A stretch of 64,000 nucleotides of DNA from Acidobacteriota bacterium (GCA_025353165.1 JANXRE010000076.1:1103-65102), one strand, 5' to 3'. Positions 28,643 to 38,243 are shown, numbered from the stretch's first letter. Numbers and translations are program-made. The notes: generated by a model not told the origin, from the sequence alone.

Positions 28643-29857
28643 TCAAGAAGGGTAACGCAGGGTGTCGAGCAGCCATTCACGGTTACTTCGGACATCGTCG
28701 GTTAGCCGGGCGCATAGTTGCTCTCGCTGTTCGAACAGGCGGTAACCCGCGCGGTCCCTCAGGTAGCCTTGCGCTTGCGGGTGTTCGGCGCGCTCCTCCG
28801 GGCTCATCGACTCGTAGCGCCGGCGGTTGTCGAGCAGCGCGCGTACCAGGAACGGCATCAGCATCGAGTAGTCCGCTTGCATGCTCTCGGTCGCGACCGT
28901 GTATGTCTCTTTGTCGACTTTGCCCCAGGTGACGGCCTCGGCGGGCGGACAGGACGATAGCGAGCCATCGGTGATGGGCGCCGTCACGATTTGCACGTCG
29001 AAGTTGTAGCCTCGCACGTTCGGAATGCCAAGCACTTGGCCCAGGGCGGGCTCCGGCTGGAGGTTGTAGTTCTTCGGTACGCCCCCGCCGAGGATCAGGG
29101 TACCGAGCGTGTGCACCGGGTTGTCGAACAATCCCCAGCGGTGATAAGCGCAGGCCTCGAAGACTTCCGCGTGGAGGTCGAGGTCGAAGGCATAGTCCGG
29201 GATCAGCCCGGCCTGGCGCATGGCCCACAGCTTCATCGAATTCAGGAACACGCTGCCGTCGCCCGGCGCTCCGACGAACACCGGGATCTGCATTTCGTGG
29301 CACGTGGAGAGCAGCCCCGCGGGGACGCCGTTCTTGCGCTCCTGCGCGCGGTAGACCTCGCCCAACCGGTAGCGCAGTTCGGTGCCCGTCATCTTCTTCT
29401 GAAACTCCGGGCGCGAGAGTACCGCGGTCAGGAACCGATCCTGATCCAGGAGCACGTCCTCATCGAACGCCATGTCGGTCACCCGGATGGTGCGCTGGTC
29501 GCGGAGCGCGGCGTCGTCGCCGAAGATCGGGACTTCGTGGATGCACTCCCGCCGGTTATCGAGCGAACGGTGGCCATCGTGGTAGCAGACCGCGTCGGTG
29601 GTGGAGAGATAGGCCACCCAGCCGGTTTCGAGCAGCGGGATCAGCCACGTCTGGTGCTGGCCTGAGACCGTGACCGGACCCGCGATGGCCAGAGTGAGCG
29701 GGCAGCCCATGCCGATGGCCCGATCAAGAATGGTGTAGATACGCCGTAGATACGCGCCGCCGAATGCCGGAAGGCAATAGCGAAAAATCTCGTCCAGCGT
29801 CCCGCACTCATCGATACGGCGGACGCGCACCGTGGCTCTCGGTTGATCTTCGGACAT
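28643..29857 (-). CDS. deoxyhypusine synthase-like family protein
   Basis: LILGGGVPKNYN and ITDGSLSSCPPAEAVTWGKV parallel eukaryotic/archaeal DHS GGGVVKHHI and DGSDSGARPDEAVSWGKI, from memory. Confidence 0.8.
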   Translation of the reverse strand: MSEDQPRATVRVRRIDECGTLDEIFRYCLPAFGGAYLRRIYTILDRAIGMGCPLTLAIAGPVTVSGQHQTWLIPLLETGWVAYLSTTDAVCYHDGHRSLDNRRECIHEVPIFGDDAALRDQRTIRVTDMAFDEDVLLDQDRFLTAVLSRPEFQKKMTGTELRYRLGEVYRAQERKNGVPAGLLSTCHEMQIPVFVGAPGDGSVFLNSMKLWAMRQAGLIPDYAFDLDLHAEVFEACAYHRWGLFDNPVHTLGTLILGGGVPKNYNLQPEPALGQVLGIPNVRGYNFDVQIVTAPITDGSLSSCPPAEAVTWGKVDKETYTVATESMQADYSMLMPFLVRALLDNRRRYESMSPEERAEHPQAQGYLRDRAGYRLFEQREQLCARLTDDVRSNREWLLDTLRYPS

Positions 29858-29861
29858 TCTC

Positions 29862-30479
29862 TTATTCGAACTGCTTGCGGAACCGCGCGAATTCTTCCTT
29901 CAATTGATCCACTTCTTCACGCAGCGCGCGAACCTCGGCGTCGACAGACGGAGCGGCCACCGCGGGAACCTCGGCCGGCGGCTCGCCCGAAAGCAGGTGC
30001 GCGAAACGGACCTCGCGCGAGCCGGGCTGCCGCGGCAACTGCGCAACCAGCGCGCCGGGCTCGCGTTCCATCAATCCGCGCAGCACGATCTCGACCTCTT
30101 CGAGGTCCTCAAATTCGTACAGGCGGGCCGCGCGCGACCGCAACTCGCCCGGCGTCTGCGGTCCCCGGAGCATCAACTCGCAGAGGATCGCCACCTCGCG
30201 GCGGCCGAGATTGAGGCGCTCGCCGATGCGGTGCCCAAACTTGGAAACCCGGTTGGATCCGCCCGTGATCGCGGTGACGAAGCCCTTTTGTTTGGCCTCA
30301 TCCAGCGCGAGCGAAACCTCGGTCTCGCCGTACGCGACCACGGGATCGCGGTTCGACTTCTGATTACAGGCGTTGACGAGCGCGTTCAGCGTAAGCGGAT
30401 AGTACTCGGGCGTGGTGATGTCCTTTTCGAGGAGCGCACCGAGTATCCGCGCCTCCACCGGGCCAAGGCGAAGGTCCAC
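29862..30479 (-). CDS. yceH: YceH family protein (DUF480/UPF0502)
   Basis: LGPVEARILGALLEKDITTPEYYPLTLNALVNACNQKSNRDPVV is the diagnostic YceH N-terminus. The start is GTG. Confidence 0.85.
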   Translation of the reverse strand: MDLRLGPVEARILGALLEKDITTPEYYPLTLNALVNACNQKSNRDPVVAYGETEVSLALDEAKQKGFVTAITGGSNRVSKFGHRIGERLNLGRREVAILCELMLRGPQTPGELRSRAARLYEFEDLEEVEIVLRGLMEREPGALVAQLPRQPGSREVRFAHLLSGEPPAEVPAVAAPSVDAEVRALREEVDQLKEEFARFRKQFE

Positions 30480-30484
30480 GCCGT

Positions 30485-31159
30485 TTACTTCCGGCTGGAG
30501 TACTTATTCAGCGCGGCGAGGAGTTTCTCCGCGCTGGCCGGCGGCGCTATGTCGCCAAGCACGATGGCCTTGTTGTGCATTTCCGAACCGTACATGGCCT
30601 TGTTCCAATCGTCGTCTTCGCGCATGGTGGCGCCCTGGAGGGACACGCCGGCGAAAACTCCGCGCTGGCGAGAATAGGTGAGGATCTGCGCCGTCAGGCG
30701 CGCGTCGGTTTGCGCGGAGGCGTCGCGCCCCACCGGGCCGGCCGCGACGGACATGTCGCCGCCGAGCGTGAAGCGGCTGCCGAGTAACCGGTCGACGCCA
30801 CCTTTGTTGATCACCAGCATGACGACATCGGTTTCGGCTCCGCCGATCTGGAAGCCGAAGCTGCCGCCTTCCATTCTTACCGCGCCGGGAGCGGACCAGC
30901 CAACGCCGTTTTCCTTGCGGCAACTGATGAAGCCTTTGCCGTATTTCCCGCCGAAGATGAACGCGCCTTTTTTGAGTCCCGGCACGATCACGACGCAGGC
31001 CGCCTTCTCGAGCAGCTCTTGTGGGATCGCTTTATCGGCGGTGCCCATGATCTCCGTGAAGACATCCGCCGCCGCGTTCAGCCGCGGGGCGGGGCCCTGA
31101 TCGGCCGCATAGGCGGCCGTAAGACAAACAGCAGCAATAACAACAATTTGTTTTTTCAT
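30485..31159 (-). CDS. SYLF (Ysc84/DUF500) lipid-binding domain protein, secreted
   Basis: The start is trimmed to ATG 31159 (MKKQIVVIAAVCLTAAYA). GGSFGFQIGGAETDVVMLV and GGDMSVAAGPVGRDA match the SYLF family. Confidence 0.8.
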   Translation of the reverse strand: MKKQIVVIAAVCLTAAYAADQGPAPRLNAAADVFTEIMGTADKAIPQELLEKAACVVIVPGLKKGAFIFGGKYGKGFISCRKENGVGWSAPGAVRMEGGSFGFQIGGAETDVVMLVINKGGVDRLLGSRFTLGGDMSVAAGPVGRDASAQTDARLTAQILTYSRQRGVFAGVSLQGATMREDDDWNKAMYGSEMHNKAIVLGDIAPPASAEKLLAALNKYSSRK

Positions 31160-32133
31160 TTGATCACCAAGATAGACTTGCCTGTGGCCCGCCGCTCGGC
31201 GACGTCCCGCATGGCGCGGGGCGCATCCTCGAGCGGATATTCGTGCGAGACCACGGGGTTGATTTTGCCCTCGGAATAGAGGGCGTTTAGCGCGCGCTGA
31301 ACTTCGCCGGGGTACCACGGCCGGGCGTTCGCATAATCGCCCCAGAGCACGCCGACAATGGAAATGTTCCTCAATAACAAACGGTTCACCTGCACGGTCG
31401 GGATACGGCCGCTGGTGAAACCGATGACGAGGATTCGGCCCTCCTGGGCCACGCACTTAGTTGAGAGATCGAATACATCGCCGCCGACCGGATCGAAGAT
31501 GACGTCCGCGCCGCGGCGTTCGGTAAGTTCTTTTACCTGTTCTACCCAGTCGTCCTGGCGGTAGTTGATGGCGCGCTCCGCGCCTTGGCGGATGGCGAAG
31601 TCGAGTTTCGCGGGCTCGCCGGCGGTGGCGAGGACGCGCGCGCCGAGCGCTTTGCCGATCTGGATGGCGGCCATACCGACACCGCTTGCGCCCGCGTGCA
31701 CCAGCAGCGTTTCGCCTGCGCGCAATTGCGCGCGCTGCTTCAACGCGAACCAGGCCGTGTGATACACGATCGGCATGGCGGCGGCCTTTTCGACGCTCAT
31801 CCCTTCGGGAACCGGAAACGTGCGAAAGCTGTCCGCCAGGCTGTATTCCGCGTAGCCGCCGCCGTTCGCGAACGCCATCACCTCATCGCCGGCGGCAATG
31901 CCGATGACGCCCGCGCCGACCGCATCTACGACGCCGGCGACTTCCGCGCCCGGGGTGAACGGGAAACTCGCCCGCGACTGGTACTTGCCCTGAATCTGGA
32001 GCAGATCGAAAAAGTTCAAGGCCGCCGCGCGATTGCGGATGCGAACCTGAGACGGTCCGGGCTCCGGCAGGGGCGCGGCCACCAAGTGCATCTGCTCGGG
32101 TTCGCACCAATCGGTAATTTGCCAGGTTCTCAT
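31156..32133 (-). CDS. qor: NADPH:quinone oxidoreductase (zinc-type alcohol dehydrogenase superfamily)
   Basis: The start is trimmed to ATG 32133. NFFDLLQIQGKYQ, PFTPGAEVAGVV and LVHAGASGVGMAAIQI are typical of quinone oxidoreductases. Confidence 0.85.
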   Translation of the reverse strand: MRTWQITDWCEPEQMHLVAAPLPEPGPSQVRIRNRAAALNFFDLLQIQGKYQSRASFPFTPGAEVAGVVDAVGAGVIGIAAGDEVMAFANGGGYAEYSLADSFRTFPVPEGMSVEKAAAMPIVYHTAWFALKQRAQLRAGETLLVHAGASGVGMAAIQIGKALGARVLATAGEPAKLDFAIRQGAERAINYRQDDWVEQVKELTERRGADVIFDPVGGDVFDLSTKCVAQEGRILVIGFTSGRIPTVQVNRLLLRNISIVGVLWGDYANARPWYPGEVQRALNALYSEGKINPVVSHEYPLEDAPRAMRDVAERRATGKSILVIK

Positions 32134-33833
32134 GGCGACCTCTCCATTGTCGCTCGGAAATAGGGATCGGGTTCGGGGATGGCGGCTCCGTCCTTGCGCG
32201 GAGAGGACGCGCCGTAGTTCACTTTGTTCTTTACGTCGCGCATAACGGCCTGCCCTCCGCCCATCCAGCCCGAGTAGTCGCCTACCACTGTAAGGACGTG
32301 CCCCATCCTGGCGAGGGTCTCGCGCGCTTCGACCGGGACCCGGGATTCGATCTTCACGTCGCATCCGCCGACGGTCGTTTTTGTGAAGCGGGGCGCTTCC
32401 AGCGCGGCCTGGATGTTCATGTTGTGGTCGGCGACAGAGGACACGAACTGGGCCTGGGCCTGCGCCTGGTTGAGACCGCGCATGATGCCGAAGCCGATGC
32501 GCATGTCGCCGCGCTCCATGAAGCCGGGGATGATGGTGTGAAAGGGCCGCTTGCCGGGGGCGAGCGCGTTCGGGTGGGTTTCGTCGAACGCAAACGCGGA
32601 GGCGCGGTCGTGCAGGTGAAAGCCCATGCCGTCCACCACGACGCCGGAGCCGAAGGCGTCCGACAGGCTCTCGATCCACGAGGCGATGTTGCCGTTGGCG
32701 TCCACCACCGACAGGTAGACTGTGTTGCCGTGACCCTGGCCGGGATCTCCCGGTTTCGTTTCGCAATTCGCTTTCTCGCGGCTGATCGTTGCGGCGCGCG
32801 TGGCCGCGTACTCCTTCGACAGCATTCGATTGGTGGGGACCTGAACGAAACGCGGATCGCCGACCCAGCGGCGGAGGTCCTGGAACGACAGCTTCTGCGC
32901 TTCGATTTTCAGATGAAATGCTTCGGCGCTCAGCGGCCCGAATTCGGGGACGTTGAACTCGCGCAGGATGGCGAGCATCTCCAGCGTTCCGATGCCCTGG
33001 CCGTTGGGCGGAAGCTCGTAGACCTTCCAGCCGCGGTAATCGATGGAGACTGGCTCGACCCATTCGGGCTGGAAGGAGGCGAGATCAGCGGCAGTCATCG
33101 TGCCGTCGAGCCGCTTCGAAGTGGTGAGGATCGCCTGTGCGATCGGCCCGCGGTAGAACGCATCCGGTCCCTGGGCGGCGAGCAGTTGGAAGGCGTGGGC
33201 CAGCTCGGGATTGCGGAAGATCTCGCCGATGCGCGGGGCGCGGCCGTTCGGAAGAAAGATACGCCGCGCATTGTGGTCGTCTCGCAGTTTGGTCTCCAGA
33301 CGTTCCCAATCCCACTGGATCAGTTCGGTGACGGGGAAGCCGTTGCGCGCGTAGTAAATGGCGGGTTGAAACAGGTCGCGCCAAGGCAGGCGGCCATAGC
33401 GCTGGTGCATTCGATGCCAACCGGCGACGGCTCCGGGGACGCTTACGGTGTGAATGCCGGTGGACGGTATGGCCGTGTGGCCGTGAGATTTCAGCCAGGC
33501 GATGCTCAGGCCCTGGGGAGCGGGTCCGCTGGAATTGATGCCGGTCAGTTTGCCGGAGCGGGCGTCCCAATAGAGCGCGAACAGATCGCCGCCCATGCCG
33601 CACATCATCGGCTCGACGACGGCGAGCACGGCGTTCGCCACGATGGCGGCATCGACGGCCGAGCCGCCGCGCGCCAGGGCTTGCGCGGCCGCTTGCGAGG
33701 CGAGGGTCTGGCTGGTGGCAGCGATTCCGCGAGTGGTGATGACGGGCGAGCGGCCGTAGGAACGATCCTGCGCGTTGAGGTTCGCGGACAGGGCCAGCGC
33801 GACGATCAGGGTGGCGGTGTTTCGCAGGGTCAC
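32130..33833 (-). CDS. ggt: gamma-glutamyltransferase
   Basis: A GTG start at 33833 gives a signal peptide. GGSAVDAAIVANAVLAVVEPMMCGMGGD and GNTVYLSVVD (the autoprocessing Thr region) are GGT signatures. Confidence 0.9.
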   Translation of the reverse strand: MTLRNTATLIVALALSANLNAQDRSYGRSPVITTRGIAATSQTLASQAAAQALARGGSAVDAAIVANAVLAVVEPMMCGMGGDLFALYWDARSGKLTGINSSGPAPQGLSIAWLKSHGHTAIPSTGIHTVSVPGAVAGWHRMHQRYGRLPWRDLFQPAIYYARNGFPVTELIQWDWERLETKLRDDHNARRIFLPNGRAPRIGEIFRNPELAHAFQLLAAQGPDAFYRGPIAQAILTTSKRLDGTMTAADLASFQPEWVEPVSIDYRGWKVYELPPNGQGIGTLEMLAILREFNVPEFGPLSAEAFHLKIEAQKLSFQDLRRWVGDPRFVQVPTNRMLSKEYAATRAATISREKANCETKPGDPGQGHGNTVYLSVVDANGNIASWIESLSDAFGSGVVVDGMGFHLHDRASAFAFDETHPNALAPGKRPFHTIIPGFMERGDMRIGFGIMRGLNQAQAQAQFVSSVADHNMNIQAALEAPRFTKTTVGGCDVKIESRVPVEARETLARMGHVLTVVGDYSGWMGGGQAVMRDVKNKVNYGASSPRKDGAAIPEPDPYFRATMERSP

Positions 33834-34657
33834 AGGCCCGCCAGCCGCGCGCTCTCGTCCCAAAGGCGGCGGGCCGATTCGCCGTCTTGCGCTTCTTTGG
33901 TGGGATCCATCTGGCGGCACTTGTAGAAGTACGCGCCGCTGACTTGGGCGACTTGGTCCGAAGACGCGAGATAGACGATGGTTTCGGCACCCTTTTCCGG
34001 CGATATGGCGAACAGCTTGGCGGCGCCCACCAGCTTGGCGAGCACTCCGCCGCTCTGGTCGCCGAAGCGGGTGGAGACAAATCCCGGATGCAGGCAGTTG
34101 GCCGTGACGCCGGTGTCGCGCCACCGCCTGGCGAGCTCGCGGGTGAACAGGATGTTGCACAGCTTGGATCGACCGTAGGCCGAGAAGCCGCGGTAGCGCC
34201 TGGCGGCTTGCAGATCGCTGAAGTCGAGCCGGTTCCCTTTATGGGCGTCCGACGATGTGCTGACGACCCTGGCTCCCGGGGTGGCGCGCAGGCGTTCCGC
34301 CAGACCGAGGGTCACCACGAAGTACGCCATGTGGTTCACCGCGAAGGTCATTTCGAGACCGTCGGCGGTTTCGCGGCGGCTGTTGAACAGAGCGCCGGCG
34401 TTGTTGACGAGGACGTCAATGCGCGGCTCGGCGGCGGAGATTTCGGCGGCCACCCGCTTCATCTGCGCGATGCTCGACAGATCCGCGTAGTGAATGGCGG
34501 CGGTCGGCAGGCGCCGGAGCGCAGCCTCGCCACGCTGGGGGTCGCGGGCAATCAAGACCAGCCGCGCGCCCATGGCGGCCAGTTGCCCGGCAGCCACCTG
34601 CCCGATGCCGGAGGTGCCTCCGGTAATCACGACGACCTTTCCGGTCATGCCGCTCAT
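33830..34657 (-). CDS. SDR family oxidoreductase (retinol-dehydrogenase-like)
   Basis: The start is trimmed to ATG 34657. Motifs are VVVITGGTSGIG, NNAG and YGRSKLCN. Confidence 0.85.
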   Translation of the reverse strand: MSGMTGKVVVITGGTSGIGQVAAGQLAAMGARLVLIARDPQRGEAALRRLPTAAIHYADLSSIAQMKRVAAEISAAEPRIDVLVNNAGALFNSRRETADGLEMTFAVNHMAYFVVTLGLAERLRATPGARVVSTSSDAHKGNRLDFSDLQAARRYRGFSAYGRSKLCNILFTRELARRWRDTGVTANCLHPGFVSTRFGDQSGGVLAKLVGAAKLFAISPEKGAETIVYLASSDQVAQVSGAYFYKCRQMDPTKEAQDGESARRLWDESARLAGL

Positions 34658-35406
34658 TGCATCCGTGCCAGGGACTCGGCGTAGGTGGGTTCGGATCCGG
34701 CCGCTACGTCTTGCTTTCGAAGCTGGTGGAAGATAGAGAGGACTTTGTTGGCCTGGGCCAGGGCCGTAAGACGCCCTACATACTGAGCTAATTGCGGGCC
34801 AGGCAACGCCCAGAGGGCGATATCGTCGGTCATCGTATCGAGGTAGGCGCGGGCCCCGCAACAGCCCAGGCTGAGGGCGGCGCGGGAGCTGTTCACCACC
34901 TGCGGGATCACGGCGCAAGCGGGGCGGCCCATGGCGGGCGCCACCCCGGCTTCCACCTGCTGAACCGCTTCGCTCATCACCAGCGACTGGCTGGCATTGC
35001 AAAATACGAGAACGGCGTCGGGTGGAACCGGCATTTCGGCCAGCGGGGCGTAGATGACATACCTGGCGGACCTTCTCAAAACGGGGATTTGCGCGATGTC
35101 CTCGCTCCGAACATATTCCAAGCCGTTGAGCACCTGGAGGACAGCTTCCAGCTCCGGGCCGTGTTTCGGCGGCGCGCCGGCGAGATTGTGCGTGTAGACG
35201 CCGATGGAGCACATGTCGTGGTCGCGGGCGGAGGTGACAATGGGGCCCTGGGCGGCGCGCTCCCAGAAGACACAGCCGGCCGCGACACGGTGTTCGAAAT
35301 GGGGCACGCCGTCCGGGGCCGTGTCGGCGAACGCTACGCCAATCGGGGGTTGCGGCAGGTCGAGCGCGCGCTGGAGAGCTCTCGCGGATTCGGTGTATGC
35401 GGTCAT
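34654..35406 (-). CDS. DUF169 domain protein
   Basis: The 250-aa ORF carries PPIGVAF, CSIGVYTH, PACAVIP and LSLGCCGARAY, a pattern typical of DUF169 (COG2043) as I recall it. Confidence 0.7.
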   Translation of the reverse strand: MTAYTESARALQRALDLPQPPIGVAFADTAPDGVPHFEHRVAAGCVFWERAAQGPIVTSARDHDMCSIGVYTHNLAGAPPKHGPELEAVLQVLNGLEYVRSEDIAQIPVLRRSARYVIYAPLAEMPVPPDAVLVFCNASQSLVMSEAVQQVEAGVAPAMGRPACAVIPQVVNSSRAALSLGCCGARAYLDTMTDDIALWALPGPQLAQYVGRLTALAQANKVLSIFHQLRKQDVAAGSEPTYAESLARMQ

Positions 35407-35415
35407 CGTAGGCCG

Positions 35416-35424
35416 ATCTTAGCA
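35416..35424 (-). promoter_or_regulatory. possible extended -10 element (TGCTAAGAT) 9 nt upstream of the DUF169 start codon
   Basis: It was read on the minus strand in the intergenic region heading the seven-gene operon. It would imply a leaderless or near-leaderless mRNA. Confidence 0.2.
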
Positions 35425-35633
35425 CCCTCTTACCGGAGGGGCCGGAATAGTCCTTCTAAACTACTGTATGTATTGGGGTTAAGTGCTCCGTGGGTTCGTT
35501 TCGCAAAAATGCGAGCCGGCTGGCGCGCATCTCCCGGCCGAGCTATTTGAAAGCGATCCTTCCCCCCCACCACAAAGTTATCACGGGGAAGGGCTAAAAC
35601 GAACCGAGGATCTTCCCAGGTCGATTGGTTAAG

Positions 35634-36062
35634 TTACAGAATGGGAACGGTTTGAGTACGATTTTGGCTCTTCGGATTTTCGGGAACCAAAGCGCCATGC
35701 TGACGGAGGAACCGATGGAAATTAAGGCGCTGGGCTTTGTTCGGGAAAATGAACTGGATGCCGAAACCTTCGGACGTCGTTCGTGTGACGCTGGCCTGAA
35801 CGGCTATGGTAACCACGGGGGCTCCGTCCTCGGGTGGATCAGCCTGGAACACGATCGTCATGAGCGTTCCCAGGCCCCATTGCGCCGGGCTTTCAATAAA
35901 GGCTCCACTCAAGCTCACATCGCTGACCCGATAGGCCCGCTCGCCGCCTCCAGCGAAGTAATTGGCGTCCAGGCCGTTGACCGGTTTCCTGGGGGCTCTG
36001 CGCCGCTCGGAAGGGCGGTTTTCCTTGAGAGCTTCCAGCACGCGGGCGAACCACCGTTTCAT
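35634..36062 (-). CDS. PilZ domain protein
   Basis: RRRAPRKPV...YRVSDVSLSGAFIES matches the RxxxR ... D/NxSxxG PilZ signature. Confidence 0.7.
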   Translation of the reverse strand: MKRWFARVLEALKENRPSERRRAPRKPVNGLDANYFAGGGERAYRVSDVSLSGAFIESPAQWGLGTLMTIVFQADPPEDGAPVVTIAVQASVTRTTSEGFGIQFIFPNKAQRLNFHRFLRQHGALVPENPKSQNRTQTVPIL

Positions 36063-36093
36063 GCGTCTTGTCCTTCTTTCATCGCGTGCAGTC

Positions 36094-37239
36094 CTACTGC
36101 ACTTTATCGGCCGTAGCGGCCACGTTCATTAGGGCGACTCGCAAAACCAGGCAGGTGATGTCGTCATATTGGGGTGTAGCTCCGGCGAACTTGTCGACGG
36201 ATTCGAAGATGCGGCTCAGGCTGGCTGCCGCGCCGATGGTCCCGAGCGCCGCAATCTCAATTTCGAGGCGATCCTCGCCGTACTCAGCGCCGGACTCGTT
36301 CAGCGCTTCGACGACACCGTCGGTATAGATATAGAGGGTATCGCCGGGATGGAGTTCCGCGCGCCCACACTCGTAACGTGACACGGCGAAGGCTCCCAGC
36401 GGAAGTCCACCTTCCTCCAGGTGTTCGACCGCGCCGCCGCTGCGGACCAGAATGGGCGGGTTGTGGCCGGCGTTCACCCAAGAGAGAGAGAGCGCCGAGG
36501 GGTCCAATTCGGCGATGAATGCAGTGATCAGGTGCCGGCCGCCGCCGCTGCGTTCGCACATGGAACGGTTGAGCCTGGCGGCCAGCTCGGTGAGCGGAAC
36601 GGGGTCGGCGGCGAGGGTATGGAAACCGGTCTGAACGGCGGCCATCAGGAGTCCGGCGGGGATGCCTTTGCCGGCGACATCGGCGACGATCAGCAGGAGT
36701 CGGGAACCGGTGATGTTCGGGCGGAGGAACGCGTCGTAGTAGTCGCCGGCGACGGTGTTGGCCGCTTTCGTGGCGAAAGCGATGTCGAGGCCGGGGAGCG
36801 TGGGAGGCTTCTCGGGGAGGAGCATCCGCTGGATGTCGCGGGCGATCTCCAAGTCGCGCTTGAGGCCCACCCGATCGGCGAGTTCGAGCACCAGGAGGAC
36901 GAGGAGGATCAGGGCGGCGGGCGTCGAGTTGATTGAAACGCGGACGGTATCGGTCGAGAATTCCCAAGCGGGCATCACCAAGATGAAGACCGCGATCAGG
37001 AGCAGCAGGCGCCGCACGGGGGTGAGCCGGTTGTACATCGCGCCCGCGACCGCGGCGAAGACGCGGCGGCGGCCTCTTCGAGCGGACCATTCCTCGCGCA
37101 GGTTGCGCCCGGTCTCGGCGGAGTAGAGGTTGAGACCGCTGCGAGTCTCGCGGCGGAATTGCTCCCAGAGCTGGGCGGCATTGAGCCCGTCGCTGGTTCG
37201 TTGCCAGAAAGCTCGCAGCTTGGCTGCGTTCAGGGGCAT
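36094..37239 (-). CDS. PP2C-family (SpoIIE/RsbU-like) serine phosphatase with N-terminal membrane segment
   Basis: ARDIQRMLLP, VAGDYYD, IADVAGKGIPAGLLMA, NAGHNPP, LYIYTDGV and DDITCLVL are canonical SpoIIE-domain motifs. Confidence 0.85.
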   Translation of the reverse strand: MPLNAAKLRAFWQRTSDGLNAAQLWEQFRRETRSGLNLYSAETGRNLREEWSARRGRRRVFAAVAGAMYNRLTPVRRLLLLIAVFILVMPAWEFSTDTVRVSINSTPAALILLVLLVLELADRVGLKRDLEIARDIQRMLLPEKPPTLPGLDIAFATKAANTVAGDYYDAFLRPNITGSRLLLIVADVAGKGIPAGLLMAAVQTGFHTLAADPVPLTELAARLNRSMCERSGGGRHLITAFIAELDPSALSLSWVNAGHNPPILVRSGGAVEHLEEGGLPLGAFAVSRYECGRAELHPGDTLYIYTDGVVEALNESGAEYGEDRLEIEIAALGTIGAAASLSRIFESVDKFAGATPQYDDITCLVLRVALMNVAATADKVQ

Positions 37240-37270
37240 GGGGTGCTGGGTTCACTTTGATTGTACAGCT
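36670..37270. repeat. copy A of a ~600-bp diverged direct repeat (5' third of the PP2C gene plus its start region)
   Basis: By eye it aligns with 38615-39208 at roughly 85 percent identity with small indels (not computed). An example shared run is gtcgtagta.tcgccggc.acggtgttggccgctttcgtggcgaa. Confidence 0.8.
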
Positions 37271-37310
37271 CGGCGGGAGTGAGGAGGAGCAGCCAAATCA
37301 TGGGCGCTAA

Positions 37311-38243
37311 TCAGCTTTCGTGCAGCAGGGTCTCAATCTCCTTGGATAGCTCCCGCTGAAGCGGCTCTGAGCGATCGTATCCCTCGTGGACCAGACGTAT
37401 GCGTCCCGATTTATCCAGGATGATGAGCGACGGCAGTCCTCCTCCACCGAGATCCGCGGAAGATCTCTCGCCGACGAACGCGACCGGCAACACGTAACCG
37501 GCTTTCCACATGAAGTCTTTTGCATTCTCGGCGGTTTCGCCGTTGCCCAACACGTCGACCGCCCAGAAACTGACGCTGGAATTATTCTGATAGCGCCGAT
37601 GGAGTTGATCCAACTCCGGCAGTTCGCGGCGGCAAGCAGGGCACCAGGTTGCCCAGAAGTCGAGGACCACTACGCGCCCGCGAAGCCCGGCGGAGTCGAT
37701 CCTCCTACCGTCGCTTGCGGTCATGACAAACACGGGCGCCGGGGCGGGTACGGTTTTGTGGTGAGTCGCCACTCGAGTGGCGACCGTCGGGATCGTCGTA
37801 AAAGCGAAAAGGACGAGCGTGGCCACTGCACCGAGCAGCAGCATCCCACCTTTCGCTGCGGACTGGCGTGACCAGATGTGGCGTGCTCGCACACCACATA
37901 TAGCGAACAGATTCGCTACAAGCAGGAGAATCGCCAAAATAACAGGACTGATCGAGTTCCATCCGAGTACGAGCAGCGCAAGAGTGCCCCCGGAAGCTAC
38001 CAGCAACCCTCTCAACCAAGCGTTCTCCGGTCGATCGGTTCCGGCGCGGAGAAGTCCCGCGGCGAGACACAGCAATGCAAGGACAACCACACCTTCCCGG
38101 AGGTCCGCGCCTACGTGAAAAAAGCTATCGGCGATGACGAACAGAACGAGAACTGCCAGACCGGCCAGGACATCCACCCCGCCGGAAATGAGTTTGCTTC
38201 TCATGCGCGGAGCCTCCTTGTTATCCCACTGGTATACGCGCAA
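37311..38243 (-). CDS. TlpA-like thiol:disulfide oxidoreductase with multi-TM N-terminal domain
   Basis: VVLDFWATWCPACRRELPEL is the thioredoxin CxxC motif. It is preceded by about four TM helices. Confidence 0.75.
   Translation of the reverse strand: MRVYQWDNKEAPRMRSKLISGGVDVLAGLAVLVLFVIADSFFHVGADLREGVVVLALLCLAAGLLRAGTDRPENAWLRGLLVASGGTLALLVLGWNSISPVILAILLLVANLFAICGVRARHIWSRQSAAKGGMLLLGAVATLVLFAFTTIPTVATRVATHHKTVPAPAPVFVMTASDGRRIDSAGLRGRVVVLDFWATWCPACRRELPELDQLHRRYQNNSSVSFWAVDVLGNGETAENAKDFMWKAGYVLPVAFVGERSSADLGGGGLPSLIILDKSGRIRLVHEGYDRSEPLQRELSKEIETLLHES

Noticed and set aside
31156-35425. Very long N-terminal extensions of track ORFs 31156-33063, 32130-34160 and 33830-35425. The same applies to 11646-12902, 14435-16498, 30485-31456, 47757-49250 and 13209-14150.
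   Set aside because: The extensions run through the upstream genes in other frames and look like low-complexity sequence. Internal ATG/GTG starts give canonical N-termini (signal peptides, Rossmann motifs) and neat 4-nt overlaps with the upstream stops.
35470-35510. A tRNA-like GGTTCG string in the intergenic region upstream of the seven-gene operon.
   Set aside because: The T-loop consensus (GTTCRANYC) is not met (gttcgtttc). I could not build an acceptor or anticodon stem around it.
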